DNA from: Azolla caroliniana
Lineage: Eukaryota > Plantae > Polypodiophyta
Assembly: GCA_043228905.1 (NCBI GenBank)
Contig: JBHGNT010000001.1
Location: 32,364,001-32,428,000, forward strand
Direction: 5' to 3'
Length of the DNA: 64,000 nucleotides
Both the position numbers and the translations under genes were made by a program. Positions 53,200 to 63,145 of the stretch are shown piece after piece. A model generated the notes under the pieces. That model saw only the letters and a list, made by a program, of their open reading frames with translations. It was not told the origin of the DNA and made no database searches. The stretch's first letter is position 1. Each line of letters starts with the position of its first letter.

Positions 53200-54538
53200 T
53201 GCCTCTAGTCTGCAGTAATTGGTATGAATTGATCTCCTCTTATACCAAGAAGATGGTGCATCTAGAGTGGGGGATATGGTCATATGCTCTTTATACAATT
53301 CTTTAGAGAGACATTGATACACTTCTTCCTCCTATTCTACCCAACGTGCCTTTATACTTAAAACACATTCTCTACAAGTATGGTAATGAGTACTCTTTAT
53401 TTATAGGTTCAGGTCATTAGCGTTAACGTGCTCATTGGTGTGCTAATTACGATAATTAACCTCCGCATGCGAAAATAACCCGCGCTAGCCAAACACCTTA
53501 GAATGCGAGCAATGAACTATTTGCTCCAGTCTTTTCCGTGTCCAACTAATTCCATTAGTTGTCGTACCGAGGTACCAATAATTAGTAGCAATAAATTGAC
53601 ATACATCAAGAAGAAATAGGAGCATGGAGAGATCCAACACATACATTTATGGCAATCACCTAGTATTAGTTACCATTATAGTTGTGGGCCCCAAGGTGTA
53701 ATCAATTAACTCACAACAAGCAATCCAAACAACATAAAGTGTGCATTCATATAGCCTTAGAAGCTACCCATAAATGGCGATCCTTTTTAAGCTAAAATCA
53801 ATCGTGAAGTCTTTTTATTTATCAATTCATACTCTTAGAACATTGTCCATCTTGTTGTTACTATGGTTGGTCAGGTAGCTAGCTCTACAATACGCTTCAT
53901 ATCTCCTTTTTTACCTTTATCATTTAAATGCACATGCCTACACTACTGAACCTTCGAAGAACAAGTGAGCTTTTATACATATTGCTCATCTGCCAATTTC
54001 CCTTTTGTTAAGTTCAAAACCTCTCCGTCTTAGGAGGCATGCTCATAACTTCTTGATGTTTCAACCTAGTCCACACAATTTCTAATCCAACATTTTGCAA
54101 ATGTTGGTGGAACTAGTGAAGGAAAAGAAATTATCATGTTGTACAATTCTAATCCTCGGAATTTTGCAAAACAAAAACTTATTGGAGCTAGACATTGATT
54201 TTGGTGTAATAGTTTTGATGAAGGGACAAAAAGAAAATGTTTTTTTCTAAGTTCTTATTGTGTTCAACGTGTCATTCACAATATATCCAACTAAAATTCC
54301 ATGAGCATTATGTGGTAGTCTGTAGATATTGAAATTCCAAGCAAATATTTGTTGTTGTTTATTTTGTCAAGATGGAAGTGTATATCTCTATCCACGTGCT
54401 TGATTACTTTTACCTTCAAGTTAAGGTGTGCTAGGAAAACAAGACAATAGCTTAACTTTTTATGCCTTAACACATTGTGTACGATTTATTACTGAAGTTC
54501 AGGGCATCGAGTCTCCAAAGGACAACCGTTGGTAGATG

Positions 54539-54810
54539 ATGTTGTAAGTTGTAAAAGTATATGAGAAGGGCACTCTAACAATGTAGTCAGGTTAATGTCT
54601 CCTAAACAATATTGTAAATGGTAAAAGTCTACGAGAAAGGCACTCTAACTATCTAGTCACATTAAAGTTTCAAAATTGATGTTGTAAATCGTAAAAGTCT
54701 ACGAGAAAGGCAATCTACCTAGTTATGTAAAAGTATCCAAAATCATGTTGTAAATTTTAAAAATCTATGACAAAGGCACTCTAACACTGTAGATAGATTA
54801 AAGTTTCCAT
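54539..54810. repeat. Degenerate ~65-70-bp minisatellite, 4 copies
   Basis: AT(G/A)TTGTAA..TAAAA(G/A)T(C/A)TA(C/T)GA(G/C)AA(A/G)GGCA recurs four times. Confidence 0.8.
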
Positions 54811-55422
54811 GTTATCTATCTCTTAGTAACTACAATATTGTCGTGGACAAGTTTTTTTAATTAGTTTACCATTTGGGAAATTATCCAATATGTTGGAACT
54901 TATTTTCTGAGTAATGCAAATCACACTCGTTTAGCAAGACACCAAGGCAATGTACAAACATTTTAACCTAAGGATGTTTGTCAATGACATGGGCAATGTG
55001 ACAAACATATAAATGGGTTGTGGCAAGTGAAACAATTTGTGCCCTTACAATATATTCACCTCCCACATTACCATTTGTTGGCAAATGTAGGCATTTGATT
55101 CAACTCTTGGCAAAAGAGCCAATACATGCGCAACAAGTATATGACCTAACAAAAACTAAATTGTCAAGCTTCGACAATAAGCATACCATACCACTACTTC
55201 ACATCTTACATATGTAACCGTCAAAGCCTGGAGTATATATCAAAGGGTGGGGATCAATAACTGATAAAACAACTAGGCTTGGGGTTCTATTCATAATCTC
55301 ACATAACCAACATGTTTTCACATTCAATTATACCCATATGGATGTCTAAGGATGTAGCGCAATCCCCCTATTCTCTTCATTGATGTTTACAACATTGTTT
55401 TGGACGCTAAATATTTGATAAT

Positions 55423-55872
55423 TGTTGAGATATCAAGCTCAACTAGTTTAATCTAGTTAGTCAACACATGTAACTTAGTAGTTACCTAGATCGAATCTAG
55501 TTAATGTGTTGACCTTAAGCCTTTAAATAGGACCTTGTACTTAAGTAGGATATTCTAGATCCTCCACTCCTTAGTACATTTAATGTAGGACTTACACATA
55601 AGTACCTATGTTCTACCCACACATGTGCACCTTTGCACATGGGTTGTATATATACCTCATTATGGGTATTTTTGTAGTTGATGACACTTTTCAATATAGT
55701 CAATCATCCCCCATTTATCTTTGTGTTCAAGTGTAACTTCCTCTCTCTCTCTCTATCTCTCTCTCTTCCTCTCACACACTCTCACGTGCATATCATACTA
55801 ATCTTCCGTTGCTTAACGTAACCATATAATTAGTCTCTAATTAACCCTAGTTAATTACCTAATTACTTAACA
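55423..55872 (+). repeat. 5' LTR (450 bp)
   Basis: TGTTGAGATATC...TTACTTAACA, a direct repeat of 60044-60478. Confidence 0.95.
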
Positions 55873-55884
55873 TGGTATCAGAGC
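55873..55884 (+). other. Primer-binding site for initiator tRNA-Met
   Basis: TGGTATCAGAGC immediately follows the LTR CA. Confidence 0.92.
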
Positions 55885-58380
55885 ACGTGGTTTAGGAAAT
55901 CCACTAAGCCCACTGCTTATTCGTGATTGTGTGTTCGAGACGCCGACGACAAATCCCGGCTATTCGCTATCTGTTACCGTAGTGCCGCTACGAAGGACGT
56001 GTATGCGACCAAGAGAAGAAAAACAAAACGGAAGACACAACAATCAACATGAACAAACAAATGGGAAGCTCGCTCCCTAGCGAAAAGCTAGACCGAAGCA
56101 ACTATTCATCTTGGGAGTACAAGATGAATCAATACCTTATCGGCCAAGGGTATTGGAGCTACATCAACGACGCACAATAAAACAAACCCAAAACCACACA
56201 CGCCAACTACCCAACGTGGGAGCAAGGCGCGAGTCGGGTAATGTATTGCTTGGAAACATGTGTAAACGACCACATGCTTAGCCACATTCGTGACGCCAAG
56301 ACGCCCAAAGAGGCGTGGGAAAATCTCAAGAAGATTTTCGCCGTGGACACATCCGCGCGCAAGCTTCAACTTCACGACAAAAAGAAATGTCCGTGACGGA
56401 CTACACCGCCAAGATCAAGAGCATTTGCGACTCTCTTGGCTCCATCAACGTCAACATCGACGAGGACGAGATGGTACAAGTATGCTTGGGCGGCCTCGCA
56501 CAACGATTCAACTCGTTGAGAACGGCAATCTTGGCAAGAGATACCCCTCCCTCGTTCTTCAACCTCCAATCAATGCTATTGGTCAAAGAAAACCACGTTC
56601 AACCAAAGACCAGCAAATCGGAAGGACAAATGCTCTTCTTCAATACGGATGGTGCCCATAGACGAGGTCGACGCGGAAGAGGTCAATTCGACCTATCCCA
56701 CGAAGGGAATTCACAATTTCGGCAAGGAAACGGAAGCCATCGAGGAACCTTCACAAGAAGGGGGAGCTTCCACGTTGAACAAGGTCGGCGAACGACGCCA
56801 CCTACGTGCAACTATTGCGGCAAAATCAGCCATCGCGAAGAGGAGTGCCGAAAAAGACGAAGCGAGTCGGCCTCAACAAGCCGGCAACTCACAAATTACG
56901 TCGCGAACACGGAATAGGCGGACTACGGCGGATTATTCGTGATGAGGCATAGAGCGAACTCTATCATGGCCTCCGATCCCGCAAACTCTGCTAGCACCTC
57001 CAACTCTGAACACGCGTGGTTCATAGACTCCGGCGCCTCGCACCACATGACGTCGCACCAAGAGTGGTTTCGCGACTTGCGAACGTCGGATCGACCCGGC
57101 TACATAGAGACCAGAGACGACACTCTACATCCCATTCGGGAAAGAAGGCGAGCAAATTTGCATCAAGAATGTCTTGCACGTGCCCACAATAACAAAGAAT
57201 TTGGTTTCGGTCGACCAAATCGTGGAGCAAGGCATGCAAGTCCGCTTCAACAATGAAGGTTGCTTCATCGAGAAAGACGACTGACTCATAGCCAAGGGAC
57301 GGAGAGACGGTCACTTGTTCATCCTCGACTCAAACGAGGTAAAATCGGCCATGTACGCCAAAGGTCTCAAGATCGAGACAAACATCGAGTTGTGGCACAA
57401 GCGAATCGACCACGTAAACCTCCAACGGCTTCGCGGAATGCAGTCAAAGGGAGTCGTAATCAGACTCCTGGCCTTCGAATCAAAACGAGTCGACCGAGTG
57501 TGTGAAGCATGCCAACTCGGCAAATAACATCGACTCCCATTCCCGAAGGAGAGCTCCACAAGCAAAGGCCTCCTCGACGTCATACACTCGGATGTATGGG
57601 GACCGGCTCAAACGTCGACGCTCAGCGGATGCCGCTACTACGTCACCTTCATCAACGACCACACGCACTACGCGTGGATATACCCAATGAAGAAGAAGAA
57701 CGAAGTGCTCTCCCACTTTCAAAGGCTCAAAAGCCAAGTGGAGAAAGAAACCGGTCGGCACATTCGATTCCTACAATCGGACGGAGGAAAGGAGTACTTC
57801 TCTGATGAGTTCACCTCTTACCTCCAAGGTGAAGGCATTCGTAGAGAATTCTCATGCCGACACACTCCCCAACAAAACGGAGTAGCCGAGAGAAAGAATC
57901 GGCAAATACTCGAGGTAGCACGCGCCATGATGCGTGACAAGCACATGCCGAACTTCTATTGGGCGGAAGCGGCATCCACGACCGTCTATCTCATGAATCA
58001 ATGCACCACAAATAGCATGCACGAGCTTACTCCATACGAGATCTTCGTTGGAAGGAAGCCCATCCTCTCGCACCTCAAGGTGTTCGGAAGCATTGCGAAT
58101 GTACGCATCCCGAACGAAAGTTGAGAGAAGCCCGACGCAAAGTCGGAAGAATGTATCCTCATAGGATACTTGTCCGCGAAAAAGGCGTACAAGTGCTTCA
58201 ACCCCTCGACCCGAGCGGTGTGGATAAGTCGCGACGTCTTGGTATAAGCCCGATGCGACTCCATCCAACCCGATCAAGGAAGAGTTGAACGCCAACTCAG
58301 ACGACGAAACTCGGCCAAGTCCTCCACCGAAGGACAATCCAAGCTCTACCAAGCTAATTGGCCCACAAGAGCCTCCACGC

Positions 58381-59389
58381 TGTCGTGAAGATTCGTCACT
58401 ATGCGCGGATCGTGAGGCGGAACCGCCGGGGTTCTGGACCAGAAGGATTTAGAGTCAATACAAGCTTTGGCGAGAAAGTACTTAAGATAGATTGGAAAAG
58501 AGAGAAGATGAGATTACATGATTGATTTGATAACGAAATTCTTCTTCTTAATTTTCATTAAAAAAAAACCGTGTTTTTCTCCTCCCCCTTCCCTCTTTTA
58601 TAGATGCTCTCATGCATATGATGCATGTGAGGGTACAAGACATGCATAAATTGCATGTTTGCCATTTGGCGCTTAAGTATTACATGTGGTGCATGCTAAC
58701 CATGTCACTCATTTTAGCTCTCATGGATGAGAATTTACATGTAAAAGTATAATGATATAAATATAATTTTAACTAAATACCATGGCTTAATGGCAAGCCA
58801 TTTGACTCCTAACTTGGAGGTGCAAGGTTCAAATCCATACTTGCCCTCCTTGTATATGTAAATATGTATATATTTTCATATATTTATTTTATCTAGTCGC
58901 CGATTCGCCGGATGCCGTCGCCGAATACCGGTGCCGCTGCTGGATGCCGCCGCCGGATACCGCCGCCGGATTGCGGTTGGATGCTGTCGGATCACCGGCT
59001 CCATCGCCGGTCCGGTTTTGGTTGGCCAAAACCCTTTTCGAGTAGCTAGCCACCTCCACTCTAAGTTCAAGTTACCTTGAACTCTCTATGCTCCACACAT
59101 AGACACAAAGATAATATCTTTTGCTCCACCTTATATATGATGAGAGCCGTATTTGTCGTGCCTATGTGGGATATCTCACAATTTTCTCTTTTCTTTTCAC
59201 AAACTTTATACCCTCATATCTTGACATTTAGTTGTCTATTTCTCGTGTAATAAAGTGCATTCGAAACCTCCATCATTTTGTACTTAGATATTAAAAATGT
59301 TATCTTCACAATTATTGTATTACGTGATTCATACTCGATTTTGTACGTTTTATGGGATTTTCACACTATTGCCGAAAATCTTCACGACA
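58381..59389 (-). mobile_element. Nested 1009-bp element, probably a solo LTR of an unrelated family; 13-bp inverted termini and 4-bp TSD
   Basis: TGTCGTGAAGATT...AATCTTCACGACA with ACGC at 58377-58380 and 59390-59393. Removal restores the host frame (..QEPPR|DENTS..). TATAAAA on the minus strand at 58602-58596 gives the orientation. No recognisable coding domain. Confidence 0.85.
58783..58836 (+). promoter_or_regulatory. tRNA-like Pol III type-2 promoter (A box + B box) inside the nested element
   Basis: A box TGGCTTAATGG at 58783-58793 with an intact GCTT/AAGC D-stem. B box GGTTCAAATCC at 58826-58836. Spacing 32 nt, with CTCCTAA at the anticodon-loop position. The other stems are decayed. 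Confidence 0.6.
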
Positions 59390-59729
59390 ACGCGATGAAA
59401 ACACGTCGCAGCCAAGTCTGACATCGGACAAAGGCAAAGGTAAGATGCCCGAATATGAAGTCGAGGTCCACCCCGACGACCGTGATTCGGATGATTCAGC
59501 TCGCTCAGTAGACAGTGAGTTCGGTGCACCCATCATGAGGACACCCGAAGTAAAGAAGGCACTCACATCGACAAACGAGAAACTCCGCCGCTCATCACGA
59601 GCGAAGACCCAAGTCACTCGTTACGCCTACAACGAATATTTGGCCCATCACTATGCCCTCGCAATGAAGGTAGTGGCCGAACAAGAGCCCGAGGATCCAA
59701 GCCTTCGTCATAGGCTTGAGGGGGAGAAC

Positions 59730-59995
59730 AAAGCCGCGGAGAACCGTGCAACGAAGCCGCGAAGAAAGCCATGCAACGCCGCGAAGAAAGCCGCCACGGA
59801 GAACCGCGCAACGAAGCCGCGAAGCCGCGAAGACGCGAAGAAAGCCGCGCAACACCGCGCAACAAAGCCGCGAAGAACCGCGCAACGAAGCCGCGAAGAC
59901 GCGAATAAAGCCGTGCAATGCCGCGAAGATGTGAAGAAAGCCACGCAATGCCGCGAAGAAAGCTGCAAGCTGCACCGATGCCGACGAAGCCGAAG
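59730..59995 (+). repeat. GC/A-rich degenerate tandem array in the copia 3' internal region
   Basis: Repeated AAGCCGCGAAGAA / AACCGCGCAACG units. Confidence 0.8.
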
Positions 59996-60030
59996 GAAGC
60001 TAAACCGGACGTTGGACGCCTCACACTTGA

Positions 60031-60043
60031 GCTTGAGGGGGTG
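60031..60043 (+). other. Polypurine tract region
   Basis: GCTTGAGGGGGTG abuts the TG of the 3' LTR. Confidence 0.75.
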
Positions 60044-60329
60044 TGTTGAGATATCAAGCTCAACTAGTTTAATCTAGTTAGTCAACACATGTAACTTAGT
60101 AGTTACCTAGATCAAATCTAGTTAATGTGTTGACCTTAAGCCTTTAAATAGGACCTTGTACTTAAGTGGGATATTCTAGATCCTCCACTCCTTAGTACAT
60201 TTAATGTAGGACTTACACATAAGTACCTATGTTCTACCCACACATATACACCTCATTGTGGGTATTTTTGTAGTTGATGACACTTTTCAATATAGTCAAT
60301 CATCCCCCATTTATCTTTGTGTTCAAGTG

Positions 60330-60375
<46 letters not shown>

Positions 60376-60478
60376 TCTCACACACTCTCACGCGCATATC
60401 ATACTAATCTTCCGCTGCTTAACGTAACCATATAATTAGTCTCTAATTAACCCTAGTTAATTACCTAATTACTTAACA
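60044..60478 (+). repeat. 3' LTR (435 bp)
   Basis: Differs from the 5' LTR by about 8 substitutions (by eye), a 25-bp indel and 10 bp of (CT)n length. Confidence 0.95.
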
Positions 60479-61799
60479 ATAACCAATTCCTAAGATATAT
60501 AGGTGGATCCCAAGTCATCTCATTCTCAAACTCACATTTCTATTTAAATACAAATTGAAGATAAGACATATCACAAGTATAATGTTAACGAGGAACCAAT
60601 TTGGGTTTTACCGAAGTGTATAGTATGTTCGTCTAAAATTTTGGAAGATGATATTAACGTCTAATGTTAATGTCTTATTAGTGATATGATGTGTCATATT
60701 TGATAAATATAAATTGAAGTGGTCATTAGTTACAAATTCATGGCATCTAAAAGGATTCCATGAAAGGAAGCTTAGCGACTCCCAAGAATGTGATTTTATA
60801 ACTTATATCTTGTTGATATGTGTAACTTATTGTATTTCTTTCGTTACATAATTATCTCCGAATATGTGCATATCCAAAAGGTAAGGGAAATTTGATTTAC
60901 ATAGTTTTGAAGGCCATGATCTACTTGTGGTGTACATTTTGCTATACAATTGAATTGGAAATTGAGGGGTTTTTCCCATCCCAATGGTAATGGTAATAGC
61001 AAAGAATTGTGAGCAATCTAACGGTTGACACTTGATTAATCTCAAAGTTCATTGCCAAGAGAGTATTTATTGTCAAACCATATCAAACTACGAGCATTTA
61101 GATGCGAAGCATTATTGACAATATAGCACCATGAAGTTGTAATCCTCAAATTCTCATGTTATAAGCAAACTCTTTCTACAAAATAACATATTATTCAAAT
61201 GCAAAACTGAATTCTTGCATGTGTAGCTAATAATAGGGTTAATATTTAAGCAACCATATGACCTTTGATCACATCGTTTGCTAAACTGCTTTGAGTTTGC
61301 TAACAATTAGTTTCGTTGTTGTTTTTCCGACTAATTAATCAATGTTAGATTTTTGCTCAACGTATATAGAGTATGTGTGTGCATTTGAGCTAGATTACTA
61401 ACAACATATCAACAATCATGTGGGTTTTCCACTAGCTCAAGTAATTCTCAATTTTCATAACAATATAGAATCCCTTATGACAAAACACTTATGCACCAAA
61501 AGCAGAGAATCTTGGAATTGTGTAACTTTAAAGGGAAAATAATAGGTCAAGCTTCAAATTACTTGGTTTGGAATCTTCAAGGAATCTTGGTACCATTAAG
61601 TTGTACAACATAAGGTTCATTGAATGTTTATCGAAGTAAATTCATCAATATCCTAAGTGAAGAGATTACCAAACTCTTGGAAGAATATGCAAGTATCCAA
61701 GTCTTTGTTATACAGCAAGCAAGAAGTCTTATTGAATGGACTACTATAATTTCGAGATATACTCGAAACTATACAGAAAACATTTAGCACAATTATGGT

Positions 61800-61895
61800 T
61801 TCAAACATCGTGTCATGGAATGCACTCAAAAGAGGCTATATAGACCATGGATATGCCGAGGAGGCGCTTTATTAGTTTTGAAGAGATGCAAGACA
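61800..61895 (+). pseudogene. PLS-type PPR relic
   Basis: NIVSWNALKRGYIDHGYAEEAL, then after a 1-nt frameshift ISFEEMQD; this matches the canonical VSWNALI.GY..HG..EEAL..F..M. Confidence 0.75.
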
Positions 61896-62245
61896 ATATA
61901 TGTATATTGTTTACTTTAATTTTAATACCAATGGAGGATGTTTTTAATGGGAAAAAAAGATAGGATCAAGGATATACTAGAGTTTGAAAATGAAGAGATC
62001 CCGAGAAGAATCTAATGTAATTTGGAATTTGAGAATGTGTGTGTGTGTGTGTGTGTGTGTATAACAATAAGAGAGAGGTTGAGAATATACTAAGGTTTGA
62101 TAATAAATAAATAAAAGGTGAAGAAAAGAATATAAGGTGGTTCAATAAAGGTTGGGAATATACTAGAATTTGAAAGGTAGAGAGAAGTATTCCACTCAAG
62201 GAAAGATGCACGTATATATGAATATATAATCCATAATAATAACTC

Positions 62246-63145
62246 ATGGATAATTCAATTAGGGACTATCCTAATGATCATCATCATCATCCTCATGAAA
62301 GGCAATTAGGTGATGATCAAAGGGAGGAAGAAGAGAATGCTAATGATGAGGGGATAGATGTGTATAATGCAACAAGGCATGGTGGGCACGAGCAAGAAGA
62401 AGAAGTTAATGACAACAACCATGAAGATGACGAGGAGCTTCTAGTGGTATATAATGTAACGGCCCAACAATTAAGGTATCATATAGCGCAAGCTACCATG
62501 GAGGTGGACATGGAAGGCAATGCTACAAGTAATTGTAGCAATGGTGGTGGTTGTGATGGTCCACCAAATGCCCATGTCTCGACAAACACACGATTAGAGG
62601 AGGGTCATGATTATTTTGATTGCCATATTTGCATGGATGTGGCACAAGATCCCGTAGTCACATGTTGTGGTCACCTTTTTTGTTGGCCTTGTCTCAGTCG
62701 TTGGCTCAATAATTGTGCTAATACTCCGTGCCCTGTATGTAAACATCATCTTCATCCCATTGTCCCCCTTTATGGTCGTGGTAAACCTTACTCCCCTTAT
62801 AACATGCTTGGAGACCAATGCCCTCCTCGTCCTCGGCCCCCTATTCTCCTCAGACCTTCCCCGAGCCCCCTTTCATCCTCCACTACTTCCCAAGCTTTAG
62901 ATTCTTTCAATCCTTACCCCTTCTCCAACCATTCCCATCTCAATGTTGACATCGACCTCATTGACTCCCCTCATCGTTCCATAACCACTAGTCCAACTCC
63001 CTCTTCTTCAACTTCTTCCTCTTCCAATTTTATTGCCTCCTTTCGTCCATTATCATTCCCTGTGGACGAAGAAAATGAAACCCTTCTAACAAAGCTTTAT
63101 GTTGCCTTTGTTTGTTTAATCATTACTCTTATTATTTTCATGTAA
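62246..63145 (+). CDS. RMA/RNF5-type RING-HC E3 ubiquitin ligase with C-terminal membrane anchor, intronless, 299 aa
   Basis: [48 protein letters not shown], and a terminal hydrophobic helix [16 protein letters not shown]. Confidence 0.92.
   Translation: MDNSIRDYPNDHHHHPHERQLGDDQREEEENANDEGIDVYNATRHGGHEQEEEVNDNNHEDDEELLVVYNVTAQQLRYHIAQATMEVDMEGNATSNCSNGGGCDGPPNAHVSTNTRLEEGHDYFDCHICMDVAQDPVVTCCGHLFCWPCLSRWLNNCANTPCPVCKHHLHPIVPLYGRGKPYSPYNMLGDQCPPRPRPPILLRPSPSPLSSSTTSQALDSFNPYPFSNHSHLNVDIDLIDSPHRSITTSPTPSSSTSSSSNFIASFRPLSFPVDEENETLLTKLYVAFVCLIITLIIFM

Larger units (their letters stand above)
56049..59695 (+). pseudogene. Disrupted copia gag-protease-integrase polyprotein
   Basis: KLDRSNYSSWEYKM (gag N-terminus), CNYCGKISHREEEC (zinc knuckle), WFIDSGASHHMT (protease), LWHKR..CEAC (integrase zinc region), HSDVWG / QSDGGKEY / PQQNGVAERKNR (integrase core), then the linker LRRSSR..EQEPE. 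Stops at 56178, 56915, 57525 and 58122, plus frameshifts. Confidence 0.9.
55423..60478 (+). mobile_element. Ty1/copia LTR retrotransposon with both LTRs, lacking RT/RNase H, carrying a nested insertion
   Basis: LTRs TGTT...AACA; PBS TGGTATCAGAGC; purine-rich tract before the 3' LTR; flanks ATAAT (55418-55422) and ATAAC (60479-60483); domain order gag-PR-IN. Confidence 0.95.

Noticed and set aside
54539-54810. CRISPR-like repeat array
   Set aside because: Eukaryotic context; whole units are degenerate copies with no unique spacers and no cas genes.
58775-58850. Functional tRNA-Arg(CCT) gene
   Set aside because: The acceptor, anticodon and T stems do not pair; only the promoter boxes and D-arm remain.
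59352-60077. 241-aa ORF and several antisense ORFs
   Set aside because: A chimera of the nested element end, the copia linker and the stop-poor tandem array; not a host gene.
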